Positions 15,711-25,209 of a stretch of DNA of 34,042 nucleotides are shown piece by piece. The notes beneath the pieces are model-generated. The model ran no database searches and had not been told where the DNA came from. It saw only the letters and a list, made by a program, of their open reading frames with translations. Made by a program: the position numbers and the translations under genes. Source of the DNA: an uncultured virus (IMG/VR IMGVR_UViG_3300011587_000017) (taxonomy: Duplodnaviria > Heunggongvirae > Uroviricota > Caudoviricetes); IMG/VR virus record IMGVR_UViG_3300011587_000017, positions 62,001-96,042 of that record; one strand, written 5' to 3'. Positions within the stretch are counted from its first letter, which is position 1; every line of letters starts with the position of its first letter.

Positions 15711-17146
15711 GACAGGAACCCCGCAAGCTCGGCCTGGTCGTGACGTTCAGGCGAGGAAAACATTGTATATTCGGCTTCGAAGATGATTTCGCGTGACTGA
15801 CCCGGCGTGCCTCGACGCCGTTTGTGGTTGATTAGCCATCCTTTGCCGACGCTCTTTTCATATCTTTGAATGAGCTCATCTCGTTTGTTCTCACGAGTTT
15901 CGACTGACATGAGCTCTTTGTAGAGCGGCTCTGGCCGAAAAAGAGAAAACCAAACATCAAGGTTTTGCTTCACGCTACCGCCACCATAGGCGTCACCATT
16001 GATCGGACGGATCGACCCGCCGACTTTCCACCGGCCTTTCCATTCTTCATTTCGCTGAATGAGAATGACAATCGCGATATCCAATGATTTGGCGATCGCT
16101 TTGAGACCGCGATACAGCGCATTGACACGTTCAGCGAAGAGCTCACCCGGCTTGCCGGGCAGATTGATCATTTTCGCATGGTCAATGACGATGAGATCCA
16201 AGCCTTTTGATTTTTTAATCGCCTCAGCCTTAATCCGGATATCGGAGAGCGTGCAGTCAGAGAACGAAACGATATCGAATTCCATGTTTCGGGAATTCAT
16301 CATTTCGGATTCGATGCGCTGCAGCTCACGTGTATCCATGCTGTAGGAATCGATACGATCTAAGCTAATTCGGCTTGCCTGTGCAGCCGCTTGAAGCGCC
16401 GCTTCTTCATCCGTGATCTCAATCGAAAAGAACGCGGATTTGAAACCTTGGAGGGCCGCATGACGGCACTGCTGCAAGCTGAAGCTAGTTTTACCGCCGC
16501 CAGAGTCCGACATAAACCCGACCAGGTTGCCGTGACGCAAATCGCCACAGACTTCGGTGATCTCAGGCAGAAACCACGGAATCGAAGCCCTTGTGCCCAA
16601 ACTTTCCTTGGCTACACGGTCCAAAGCTTTAGGCAACAGGACGCCATATTTGGCGGCGCCTGCTCGCTCATCCCCTTCTCGGGAAATGCTAGTCAGCTCA
16701 TCGGCAAAAGCTGCGATCAGCTTCATCGGAGAGACGTCAACAGGCAGACAAGTTGCACGTTGTGCAATTTCGCCGGCGACAGCAACGATCTGACGTCTGG
16801 TCCAGAGTTCCAGAATGCCCCGGCCGTAGTCGTATGCACCTCCGAATGTCACCGCCTCTGTCGCGAGCCGTGCGACGTATTTCGTGACACTCATGTCCTT
16901 GTTGATGTTCTTGGTCGGTAGGTATGGCAGCATATTAGCTGGAGTCGCTGGGCGGTTTTCTGCGATCAGCTTCCCCATAGTGTCGAAAAGCTCCTGATGA
17001 AGCGGTTCAATGAAGTGGTGCGGCTTCAGAAAGCCAGCAACCTGCCAATAGTTCGAGTTGTTGACCAGAAGGGAACCGAGCAAGGCTTGCTCGGTTTCGA
17101 TACCGTCTGGCATCTGTGGCTGAATATTTCTCTCGTGCATAACCAT
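15707..17146 (-). CDS. dnaB: DnaB-like replicative helicase (divergent)
   Basis: ETEQALLGSLL N-domain, Walker A SDSGGGKTS, FFSIE, LIVIDH, LKAIAKSLDIAIVIL. Start moved to ATG 17146. Confidence 0.85.
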   Translation of the reverse strand: MVMHERNIQPQMPDGIETEQALLGSLLVNNSNYWQVAGFLKPHHFIEPLHQELFDTMGKLIAENRPATPANMLPYLPTKNINKDMSVTKYVARLATEAVTFGGAYDYGRGILELWTRRQIVAVAGEIAQRATCLPVDVSPMKLIAAFADELTSISREGDERAGAAKYGVLLPKALDRVAKESLGTRASIPWFLPEITEVCGDLRHGNLVGFMSDSGGGKTSFSLQQCRHAALQGFKSAFFSIEITDEEAALQAAAQASRISLDRIDSYSMDTRELQRIESEMMNSRNMEFDIVSFSDCTLSDIRIKAEAIKKSKGLDLIVIDHAKMINLPGKPGELFAERVNALYRGLKAIAKSLDIAIVILIQRNEEWKGRWKVGGSIRPINGDAYGGGSVKQNLDVWFSLFRPEPLYKELMSVETRENKRDELIQRYEKSVGKGWLINHKRRRGTPGQSREIIFEAEYTMFSSPERHDQAELAGFLS

Positions 17147-17259
17147 CACCACCCCCTCGTGAGGATGAAAACTACAGTGCCCAGCCAAACTGCGAACGAG
17201 CAGGCGGAAACGATAAGGGACACTTCGCGAACGCGATCCCAGAACTCTCTGTTCTTCAT
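17146..17259 (-). CDS. Small membrane peptide (37 aa)
   Basis: Manual translation MKNREFWDRVREVSLIVSACSFAVWLGTVVFILTRGW; overlaps both neighbours. Confidence 0.6.
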   Translation of the reverse strand: MKNREFWDRVREVSLIVSACSFAVWLGTVVFILTRGW

Positions 17260-18347
17260 CGGACGATCTCCACTCGCTGAGCCGCACGCGTCACAGCGGT
17301 ATAAAGCCAGCGCGCCGCGTCATCTCGGAAACAACGGCTTTCATCAAAAACTATGACGTTATCCCACTGGCTGCCTTGAGATTTGTGGCATGTGAGAGCA
17401 TACGCGTAGTCGAACGGCTCATATTTCCGCTGTTCGCTCCAAGGCAGCTCTTTCTCGGTTCCAAGCGTCCAGGCGTGATGGGTATGAACCTTAATCGGGA
17501 TCTTTTTCACGCCGTCATCCTGCGAAGAGACCAGCATGGAGGTGTCGTCTGGTTTCTGCTTGAGAATTTTGGAAACCTCGAAGATCCCGCCGTTAAACAG
17601 ACCCTTTTCCTTCACGTTTTTCAGGCAAACCACACGATCACCCGGCTGGAAATGCCCCTCCATTCCCTTCAATTCACGGAGCCGTTGGTTGTAGATGCGA
17701 CGGGTCTTATTGAGACCAACCAGGATTTGATCTGCGGCAAGGACACGATCTGAATCGATATCGCTGCGGCGTAAAACTTCGCTGTCTCCGTAACGACCGT
17801 ATTCCAGCTTCTTGCCCTGTCTGATCTGCATAGACATCGCGACGATTGGGTTATCTTCTGCTTGGCGATGCACTTCAGTCAGCATGAAATCGGGTTTGCC
17901 GGCCGTGAAGTAGCCTTCGCCACTAACCGGTGGAAGCTGTGCCGGATCTCCAAGGACGAGAACAGGAACGCCAAACGAAAGCAGATCCCGGCCCGTCTCT
18001 TCATTCACCATCGACACCTCATCGATGATGACCAGTTTGGATTTACGGATATCGCTATCGTAATTGATCGAGAATTTGGGCTCGTCGCTATCTTCGTCTG
18101 CAGGCTTGTAGATCAGACTATGAATCGTCTGAGCTCCGCGGCATCCCTTTGAACGAAGGACCAGTGAAGCCTTGCCGGTGAAGGCTGCGAAACTCACATT
18201 GCCGACGCTCTCAGCGAAGTGTTTCGCCAGTGTCGTTTTGCCAGAACCCGCATATCCACCGAGATAGAAGAATGGTTTTCCGCGTGGATTTTTAACCCAA
18301 TTATGAACGGCCATAAGCGCGTCGTCTTGCTGTGGTGCCCACTTCAT
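17256..18347 (-). CDS. RecD/Dda-like SF1B helicase
   Basis: GYAGSGKTT, IIDEVSMV, GDPAQLPPV, LTEVHRQ, TCHKSQGSQW, LYTAVTRA. Confidence 0.92.
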   Translation of the reverse strand: MKWAPQQDDALMAVHNWVKNPRGKPFFYLGGYAGSGKTTLAKHFAESVGNVSFAAFTGKASLVLRSKGCRGAQTIHSLIYKPADEDSDEPKFSINYDSDIRKSKLVIIDEVSMVNEETGRDLLSFGVPVLVLGDPAQLPPVSGEGYFTAGKPDFMLTEVHRQAEDNPIVAMSMQIRQGKKLEYGRYGDSEVLRRSDIDSDRVLAADQILVGLNKTRRIYNQRLRELKGMEGHFQPGDRVVCLKNVKEKGLFNGGIFEVSKILKQKPDDTSMLVSSQDDGVKKIPIKVHTHHAWTLGTEKELPWSEQRKYEPFDYAYALTCHKSQGSQWDNVIVFDESRCFRDDAARWLYTAVTRAAQRVEIVR

Positions 18348-20179
18348 TCTGCTGCCTCCAGGTAGGATGAGCGGCCAACATCGGAACCCGATGGCGCATC
18401 ATCTGCCATGATCGCCGCAACACACGCCTGCATTTTTCTGCGAGAGACAGCGTTGCCGATCTGCTTAATTTTCTGAGTTTTGTTTCCCGCGAACTTGTAA
18501 TCGTCCAAGCCCATTGCGCCGGCTAATTCGTGCGGCTCCAGCATCCGAAAGAGAATATCGACCCCCCCCGCATTGTGTTCGGGCTCGACCAAATCCACAT
18601 GACCAGACGCCGTAATCGTCGGAACTGGATTCCCCAAACTGTGCACCCTTGGGGCTTGCCCAGCACGCTCACCGTGCTGTGCGGTGACGAATGCGAGTTC
18701 GCCTCGGATCGCTCCCGTAATTGTAGGAAGCGGGTCATCACTCGGGTTTAGGAACCGCTGTAAACCACCTTCGTGTGTCACAGGCAGAACGACTGCAAAT
18801 TCGCCGCCTTTTGCAGTAGTGAGTGTGGGCAATGGCTCCGCCAACACTCTTGGGGACGCACCGCCGCTCGATTGCGTAACAGGAACGACCATTCCGAACC
18901 GGCCTTTTGATGTGATTGTTGGTAGTGGCTGGCTTGGAGGCGTGCACGTCTCACCTGATCCAGAGCCGTAGTAAGGCGAGATAAGGGCGTGCGATCCGCC
19001 GTTCCCGCCAGTTGTGGATGTTGGCAGCGGATTGCTGACAGATCTTGGCGCACCACATGTGGCCTGCGAGAGAACAAAAGGCTCTACTAGCATCGGTCTT
19101 GCGCAACCTGGTCTATCCGCCCCGGCTCCGCCAGTCAGGATAGTAGGTAACGGCTCAGAAGCGGGGCGTGCTGCGCCACCGGTGCTTTGAGAAAGAACAA
19201 CCGCTTCGCCAACATAAAGATGAGGCGCATGGGCAGTCTGAGTTGGGAGTGGATTGTTAGTCGAAGAGGCCGTCGACTGCCCTTTCATGTTCACTACGAC
19301 AGGCTCTGCGATTGCAATGTGCGTGCCGCTTGCTGCGATCGTCGGCAGCGGAACGTCGATGCCTTGCGCAGTCATATGATTGCGAAGGACCACAATAAAC
19401 GGCTCCGGCCAGTGATGTTTGATAGCTCCGGCATAAATGCGCGAGAGTGTCTTCGCGGCGAGTGGCTTTTTCCTGTTAAAGATTGACCTGCCTTTGATCG
19501 ACCAATCGATAATCTCGCTAGCTGGTCTCCAGTTCTGTTCAACAGAGAACAAACCTTGCTCCGATTTTGCCGTCTTCTTGTGCGACGGCATCGGCCAGCG
19601 GACTTTCTTTCCATCTGAACGAGCCATTAGAATGAAACGTTGGCGAGTAGTTGCATCACCATAGTCGGCGGCATTAAGTTTCCGCCACTCCGGTTCAAAG
19701 CCAAGCCGCTTTAGGGTTTCAATCCAGGCATGGAAGTATTCGCCTTTACGCGACGGGATAGGTCGGCCGGTCTCAGGATCTACTGGCCCCCAGCTGATGA
19801 ACTCCCAAACGTTCTCAATGATAATTCGCTTCACATTAAGTTCGGTGAGCCAAGTGATGATATGCCAAGGATCTGACCGTTGCTGGTCGCTCGTTGGCTT
19901 GCCGCCACGCGCATTCGAATGGTGCGTGCACGTCGGTGAAGCCATCAGCAGATCAAGATAGCCTTCTGGAACCAACAGGTGCGGACGAACGGTTGCAATA
20001 TCCTGAACGAAATGGCGCGCGTTTGGATGGTTCAGCTGATGCGTTTCGATCGCTAGAGGCCAATGGTTGACGCAAACTAGCTCCATTTCCATCCCTAAAT
20101 CACGAAAAGCATAGGCTGCGCCGGTCGAAGAACCACCGGCACCACAGAGCAGATCCGCTACCAAAAACTTCTTGGTCAT
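18344..20179 (-). CDS. C5 cytosine DNA methyltransferase with a repetitive variable region
   Basis: DLLCGAGG, SPTC, ENV, LNAADYG..TTRQR, QIGNAV; eight P(L/V)PT repeats. Start ATG 20179. Confidence 0.92.
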   Translation of the reverse strand: MTKKFLVADLLCGAGGSSTGAAYAFRDLGMEMELVCVNHWPLAIETHQLNHPNARHFVQDIATVRPHLLVPEGYLDLLMASPTCTHHSNARGGKPTSDQQRSDPWHIITWLTELNVKRIIIENVWEFISWGPVDPETGRPIPSRKGEYFHAWIETLKRLGFEPEWRKLNAADYGDATTRQRFILMARSDGKKVRWPMPSHKKTAKSEQGLFSVEQNWRPASEIIDWSIKGRSIFNRKKPLAAKTLSRIYAGAIKHHWPEPFIVVLRNHMTAQGIDVPLPTIAASGTHIAIAEPVVVNMKGQSTASSTNNPLPTQTAHAPHLYVGEAVVLSQSTGGAARPASEPLPTILTGGAGADRPGCARPMLVEPFVLSQATCGAPRSVSNPLPTSTTGGNGGSHALISPYYGSGSGETCTPPSQPLPTITSKGRFGMVVPVTQSSGGASPRVLAEPLPTLTTAKGGEFAVVLPVTHEGGLQRFLNPSDDPLPTITGAIRGELAFVTAQHGERAGQAPRVHSLGNPVPTITASGHVDLVEPEHNAGGVDILFRMLEPHELAGAMGLDDYKFAGNKTQKIKQIGNAVSRRKMQACVAAIMADDAPSGSDVGRSSYLEAAE

Positions 20180-20766
20180 CGCAAAACCCCCATCATCATA
20201 GCTTTGACAATCTGGCTGGACGACGCGCCGACAGCGACGCCTACTGCGTCCGATTGGTCGTTGTTGGTGACTTTGATTTTCAAGGCTGTACACCGGGCGC
20301 GGGTTGCCCCTTTCCAGTCATCACGCTCCCAACCCGGACGTGTTCCGAAGCCAAGGAACGTCTTGCGCCATGTTACCGGTGCGATTGTCATGAACGGGAT
20401 GCGAAATGCCCCTACGATAGCGGCTGCAGCCCCTGTCATCTGATTTGAGGAAATAACGGCGTTCATGCCGCCGCCTACCGCCTTTTCGACAACCTGCTCT
20501 TCGCCCATGAATTTGACTTTAGCCTTCACCTTCCCGCCGCCACCTGGCATCGTGCGGATTGGTTGCTCAAGGGCGACAAAATCAGGGCGTTCGACCTTCA
20601 GAAGCTTCATCAGCTCTAGGCCCAAACGCGCACTCATATCCTCGTACTTGTCAGATTTTTCTTCTTTGGCGCGAATGACACCTACGCGAATGGCGCTGAG
20701 CGGCGCATTTGTATCGTAGATCGCGAAACCGCAATTCTGCGCTTGATCGAGTCCTAAAATGATCAA
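20176..20766 (-). CDS. RuvC-like Holliday junction resolvase
   Basis: ILGLDQ...VALEQP...TWRK...NQSDAVGV; likely TTG start at 20766 after GGGGAG. Confidence 0.75.
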   Translation of the reverse strand: MIILGLDQAQNCGFAIYDTNAPLSAIRVGVIRAKEEKSDKYEDMSARLGLELMKLLKVERPDFVALEQPIRTMPGGGGKVKAKVKFMGEEQVVEKAVGGGMNAVISSNQMTGAAAAIVGAFRIPFMTIAPVTWRKTFLGFGTRPGWERDDWKGATRARCTALKIKVTNNDQSDAVGVAVGASSSQIVKAMMMGVLR

Positions 20767-21047
20767 TGTTTGATCTCCCCGAGACGCCAAATCTGCGCCT
20801 CGCTATCTTTGACGAGCGCAAAACCGTGCGGCCTCAGCACCTCGTTGCATCTGATAATTGTGTTGTGAAATTCGATTGAGAGCGGATCTTGCTCGACACT
20901 CTCGCACCCGACGGATCGGATGATTGTATCTTTGGTAAAGCCTACGCCGTGACTTCGTTCGAAGAGGGCGATGGTCTGATCAACCAGATAACTTTGGTGC
21001 TCAGACCATCTGGGATGGGTTGGAAGCCGAGTTATTGGCCGCCACAT
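20763..21047 (-). CDS. Hypothetical protein
   Basis: About 94 aa filling the gap between the MTase and RuvC genes; start uncertain. Confidence 0.5.
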   Translation of the reverse strand: MWRPITRLPTHPRWSEHQSYLVDQTIALFERSHGVGFTKDTIIRSVGCESVEQDPLSIEFHNTIIRCNEVLRPHGFALVKDSEAQIWRLGEIKH

Positions 21048-21616
21048 TCCGCCCTGCCCTTGTAGTAAATGACTGGATCGCGATGCATGCGATCTATTAC
21101 CGGGCGCCAGATGTACCAGGCGTGGTCCTCTGTCCCGGTTTTGCCGTTGCCTTCCCAGCTGATCCGGTCCGTCAGAATGATTTTCGCAGCCCACCGACTA
21201 TTGTTCTGGAAGAGGTGTTTTCGAGAACTTCCGGAATCGAACTTCGCAGTGAGAAGAAGCGCAACGTAACCATCGCATCGTGCTAAAGCCTTCTCAGCAA
21301 ACTTGACGGCTTCCCGGTTTTGCTTTCCGTAGGGCGGATTTGTGATGATGACGTCAGGCACAAGGAACGGCGTGTTATCCGACAGAAAATCGAAGTCGAA
21401 GTCATGTTCCCGGCCGTATGAAGCGATATCGCTAGTCACCACCTCAGCACCAGTTTCGGCGATCACATCGGCCATCTGGTGGTCGCCAGCGGCACATTCC
21501 CAGACGACTAGACGAGATCCGATCTGGAGAACCTGCAAAACGGCACGCGTTGCCCAAGCCTCAGTAGGATAGAAGCTGTTTTGCTTGAGCTCATAATTAG
21601 AAGCTACGACGGTCAA
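21032..21616 (-). CDS. Amino (N6A/N4C) DNA methyltransferase
   Basis: FYPTEAWAT, WECAAGDH, IITNPPY; likely TTG start at 21616 after GGAGG. Confidence 0.85.
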   Translation of the reverse strand: MTVVASNYELKQNSFYPTEAWATRAVLQVLQIGSRLVVWECAAGDHQMADVIAETGAEVVTSDIASYGREHDFDFDFLSDNTPFLVPDVIITNPPYGKQNREAVKFAEKALARCDGYVALLLTAKFDSGSSRKHLFQNNSRWAAKIILTDRISWEGNGKTGTEDHAWYIWRPVIDRMHRDPVIYYKGRAECGGQ

Positions 21617-21717
21617 TTTATGCCTCCGAAATGAGCCAAAAGGCCGGGCAAGAAAGGTAATACGGGCATGGTCAGTGAGATGGCCCAAAAAAAGCGGGGT
21701 GCAAATTTACCGATCAT
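21613..21717 (-). CDS. Small hydrophobic peptide (34 aa)
   Basis: Manual translation MIGKFAPRFFWAISLTMPVLPFLPGLLAHFGGIN; fills the gap and overlaps both sides. Confidence 0.45.
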   Translation of the reverse strand: MIGKFAPRFFWAISLTMPVLPFLPGLLAHFGGIN

Positions 21718-22435
21718 TGTGTGCCCCACGTTGGTCGAGTGCTGAACGGCCGGGAGGAGGATCACCGCAAAGTGCACGCGTTGTTGCCTGAGATCTTTGC
21801 TGCGTGAAGTTCTGCCGAGTGACCGGCTTTTTGAACGCGTTTAGTGGCGTCATATCTGGCGCAGCGGGTTGTCGCTTCTGAACTGCTTTGAGCGGCGCTT
21901 CCGGCTGAACGATCACGTTTCGCTTTGGAAGTGACTGAGCTTTTGGCTTTTCCTCGATACGAACGTTGAGATGACGGGCTACCGCTTCAGAAGGCTGACG
22001 CTTCTCTTTTTCAATGCTTCGTACAGATGGAATTCTTGGCCCGGTCTCAGCTGCCCAACGAGGCAGTTTGAGCTCAATGAATCCGTCTTCAACCTTTTTC
22101 CAGTTGCAGGTTTGAGGCGCTTCAGTCCTTGCTACAAAACGAGCCTGTCGGCCAAGGCGGATCTGGAAATGACCATTACCGCGTGATGAGACATCCTCGA
22201 CATATGCGACGCCAGCGTCATGCTTACGGATTCGGATCAGGCCGTGGTGCTCGCCCTCTCCGATGAGGACTTCGATTGGTGTGCCATCGATTAGGCCAAG
22301 GTTAGCTCCAACGGAGCGGGCGATTTTGATGAAGAGACGCGGGGTAACTCTACCCCGAATCCCTACCTTGATACCTGACCCCTGGTCGCGCTCTGACTTG
22401 CCAGAATGGTCAATTACCGCAGCAATAAACGACAT
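21707..22435 (-). CDS. Hypothetical phage protein
   Basis: 242 aa in the operon; C-terminal GDPPPGRSALD motif. Confidence 0.7.
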   Translation of the reverse strand: MSFIAAVIDHSGKSERDQGSGIKVGIRGRVTPRLFIKIARSVGANLGLIDGTPIEVLIGEGEHHGLIRIRKHDAGVAYVEDVSSRGNGHFQIRLGRQARFVARTEAPQTCNWKKVEDGFIELKLPRWAAETGPRIPSVRSIEKEKRQPSEAVARHLNVRIEEKPKAQSLPKRNVIVQPEAPLKAVQKRQPAAPDMTPLNAFKKPVTRQNFTQQRSQATTRALCGDPPPGRSALDQRGAHNDR

Positions 22436-22440
22436 GGATG

Positions 22441-22959
22441 TTATTCCTCGTCGTCGTCTTCGTTTGCACCATCGTCGTCCGCCGCAGCATTGAGCTTTTC
22501 CATAGCGCTACGGAGGTTTTCACGGGCTTCGCTCTGGCCTTCGTCGTAGCCGCGCAGCCACGCCTGGTCTTCATCCGATCCGTCCATGAATTCACTGACG
22601 CGATCTTTTGCGGCCAGACCGGCAACCTTGCCCTGATCGAACACTTGATCGAGATATGGGCGATTGTCGGTGAATAGGTCGCCTTGGGCGGGCGCAAGCT
22701 TGAGAAGCGAGAGGATGTTGTTTCGGCGGCGATGCGCGTCGAGAACCTTATCTTTGTCTTCGGCCTGAAGGGTTTTACATGCGAAATCGAGTTCACCCAG
22801 CGTGATACCGTAGCTCTGGGTCTGTTTACGATCCGCTTTGCGCTTGACGTTGATGGCTTCGATTTCAGCCTGGTAAGAAAGCTCTTTACGGACACGGTCC
22901 ATCAATAGAGCATCATATTCGCCTGCGGTAAGTTTCGAATTGTCACCGATACTTGACAT
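22441..22959 (-). CDS. Hypothetical protein, possibly GapR(DUF2312)-like N-terminus with an Rmf-like C-terminal motif
   Basis: IGDNS N-terminus, coiled region, AWLRGYDEG; family call is weak. Start ATG 22959. Confidence 0.6.
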   Translation of the reverse strand: MSSIGDNSKLTAGEYDALLMDRVRKELSYQAEIEAINVKRKADRKQTQSYGITLGELDFACKTLQAEDKDKVLDAHRRRNNILSLLKLAPAQGDLFTDNRPYLDQVFDQGKVAGLAAKDRVSEFMDGSDEDQAWLRGYDEGQSEARENLRSAMEKLNAAADDDGANEDDDEE

Positions 22960-23160
22960 AGCAATACCTATAGTCGGTCTGTCACCACCCACGTCGAAGG
23001 GCGGATGAGTTGATTTTCATGGTTGAGAAATCATGAGGACCGGCTAGAACTGCCTTGGCCCTCTGGGGCTCGATCCCGCGCCTGTCGTGTGGAAATGCTG
23101 GGCGTTGGATCGGTATTCGGTCGACCATCGAGAGGTTGGCGCCTTTCGGTGGTCGATTTT

Positions 23161-23385
23161 TTAGGTGGGTTGTGAATTAGGGCTCTGTTGAAACAGATGC
23201 GGCGGATAAAGGATTGGATCGATTTCGCTCGCTGGTTTTGCCGTGATCTCCGCAATTTTCAGAACGTACTCAGGGGGAACCCGTTTCCATCCATAAAGCG
23301 TTTGGTGGTGTTTGATATCGAGTTCACGTGCAAGCGCCATTACGCCTCCCGCCATCTCGCATGCTTCTTTGACAATGGTAATCAT
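23161..23385 (-). CDS. cro: Cro/YdaS-like repressor
   Basis: AGGVMALARELDIKHHQTLYGWKRVP; divergent from cI. Confidence 0.85.
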   Translation of the reverse strand: MITIVKEACEMAGGVMALARELDIKHHQTLYGWKRVPPEYVLKIAEITAKPASEIDPILYPPHLFQQSPNSQPT

Positions 23386-23480
23386 GCATTAATAGGGGTA
23401 ACCCATAATTACCCTACATGTCAACAGTAAATGCAGATTGCGCAATTAAAATTGACACTACCGTAATTCTGATTTACTTA
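23378..23480. promoter_or_regulatory. cro/cI divergent promoters with GTAA-N7-TTAC operators
   Basis: Operators at 23398-23412, 23427-23441 (TTGC), 23463-23477, and a variant at 23378. TTGACA-N17-TACTTA ends 6 nt before the cI ATG. Leftward TTGACA at 23419-23424. Confidence 0.8.
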
Positions 23481-23486
23481 TCGCGC

Positions 23487-24173
23487 ATGACAAATAGAGC
23501 TAAAGAAATCGGTGAACGCATTAAGATCGCTCGCGAAATTGCTGGTGTGAGCCAGAAGTCGCTTGGTGATCATGTCGGCACGACACGGAATGCTGTGTCG
23601 CGATGGGAGTCGGGCGATGCGTCGCCAGCCTCAGAACGCTTTCCAGCTATTGCAGAACACCTGAATACAACCGTCGATTGGCTAATGCTTGGAAACGGCG
23701 AGCGTGAACGCACCTCCCCTCATCCTGAGCCATCGAACGGATCTGTCATTAATGCTCCTTTAGGTCAAAATGGCCTACTCCCTGTGTACGGCCAAGCGGT
23801 CGCAGGAGTTGAAGGGCAGTTTCCCATGAACGGGAATATTCTATTTTTCGTCGTTGCACCCCCACAGATCGCACGGATCGATGGGGCATATGCTGTTGGT
23901 ATCTCAGGCGACTCGATGTTCCCTCGGTATGAGGATGGCGAGATTGCATTTGTGAATCCAACGCGACGGGTAAAAAAGGGCGATTACGTTGTTGCTCAAG
24001 TCCAGGTGGACGAACACGAACCGCCGCAGGCGTATGTAAAACGGTTTGTGCGACACAATGACGAGGAACTAGTCCTGTCGCAATTCAATCCGGCCAAAGA
24101 CCTGACTTTTGACCACGAGAAGGTAGTGTCTGTGCACTACATCGAGTTGGCCGGGACGCCAGACAAAGAATAA
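23487..24173 (+). CDS. cI: CI-type repressor (HTH-XRE + S24 peptidase)
   Basis: GERIKIAREIAGVSQKSLG...VSRWESG; GDSMFP catalytic Ser; YVKRF catalytic Lys. Start ATG 23487, probably leaderless. Confidence 0.92.
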   Translation: MTNRAKEIGERIKIAREIAGVSQKSLGDHVGTTRNAVSRWESGDASPASERFPAIAEHLNTTVDWLMLGNGERERTSPHPEPSNGSVINAPLGQNGLLPVYGQAVAGVEGQFPMNGNILFFVVAPPQIARIDGAYAVGISGDSMFPRYEDGEIAFVNPTRRVKKGDYVVAQVQVDEHEPPQAYVKRFVRHNDEELVLSQFNPAKDLTFDHEKVVSVHYIELAGTPDKE

Positions 24174-24192
24174 CGGAAGAAAGTGGGGGCGT

Positions 24193-24729
24193 ATGATTTT
24201 TCTGTTCGTTTTATTTATGACGGTGGTTTCATATCTGGCCGCCGTTCGAGTCAAGAAAACCACTACGAACACCGGGCTTATCGGAATGACTGCCCTAATT
24301 TTGTCACCTGCGGTGTTTGGCTATGCTGTTGTCCGATACTTTCAATCGAAGAAAGAAGGTTCCGGACAAGCAACGCCCGCTGTTGCCGCAATGCTGGTGG
24401 CCTACGCTGTTATCGCAGTGGCAGGTATAGGATTTGTTGCTCACGACAGTCAGGCCGAAGCTGTAAAGGGCACAATAAACAGCCTTTTGGAAACCGAGCT
24501 GACGAAAAAGGGCGTCACCGCAAAGTTTGTTAGCATCCCACACCTTGCTGGCGTGCCCTTCATCGGTCCAAGCGCATACGACGGGTATTTCTCGGCAGAT
24601 GGCCTAACTGGAAAACAATGCGAATTTGCAACCTTTGCATTTAAAGTTCAGACCGTTTCCGATGATGGGTCATGGGTATTAAACATTCCAGGCGATGATT
24701 TTTCACTGATTAAAGCCTGCACTAACTAA
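24193..24729 (+). CDS. Membrane protein co-transcribed with cI
   Basis: Three hydrophobic helices followed by a soluble domain; 19 nt after cI. Confidence 0.7.
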   Translation: MIFLFVLFMTVVSYLAAVRVKKTTTNTGLIGMTALILSPAVFGYAVVRYFQSKKEGSGQATPAVAAMLVAYAVIAVAGIGFVAHDSQAEAVKGTINSLLETELTKKGVTAKFVSIPHLAGVPFIGPSAYDGYFSADGLTGKQCEFATFAFKVQTVSDDGSWVLNIPGDDFSLIKACTN

Positions 24730-25205
24730 TTTAATAAACTAGCAGAATATATATTATTATGTATTCTAAGGTTTTGATTTCCCAAGGGTCTTAGACTGTA
24801 GGAAAGATGCAGTAATCCCTTTAGGCCGATAAAACAGCCGTGGATTACTGCATCCGAAACTTCCCAATGGGCATGAGCCGTGAGGTTTCGAAGCATCCCC
24901 GGTACACCATATGACGGTGCATAGCCGACCCGGTTCATGGTGATTTTTCTATTGGCTTCGGAGCCTCACTGACCGGGTAATCACTCCCGTTGTGCTTGTC
25001 AGTCCCTCTGGTTTTTAACACTGTCCAGCCAGCTACACCGTCCGAGTCCTAGCACAGCACTATGGAGCGGACTTCACGGCTCCCAACTACTACACGATCA
25101 TCACAGAAGCGGCTTCAGGGGCCGGCAACCATTCCGTCGTGAGACCATATCTTTCGATGTAGGTGATCCATAATGCGCCGGTACGCAGAACATTTGGCCG
25201 GCTTC
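24730..25205. other. Structured non-coding region with an AT-rich end; candidate replication origin or ncRNA
   Basis: 13-bp perfect inverted repeat 24806-24854, long-range helix 24875-85/25072-82 and several more; AT-rich 24728-24780. Confidence 0.5.
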
Positions 25206-25209
25206 CATC

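Noticed and set aside
17147..17287. N-terminal extensions in the ORF track (dnaB, terS, C5-MTase, cI, DUF3560 and others)
   Set aside because: They overlap upstream genes or regulatory DNA; downstream starts with an SD or stop-start overlap fit better.
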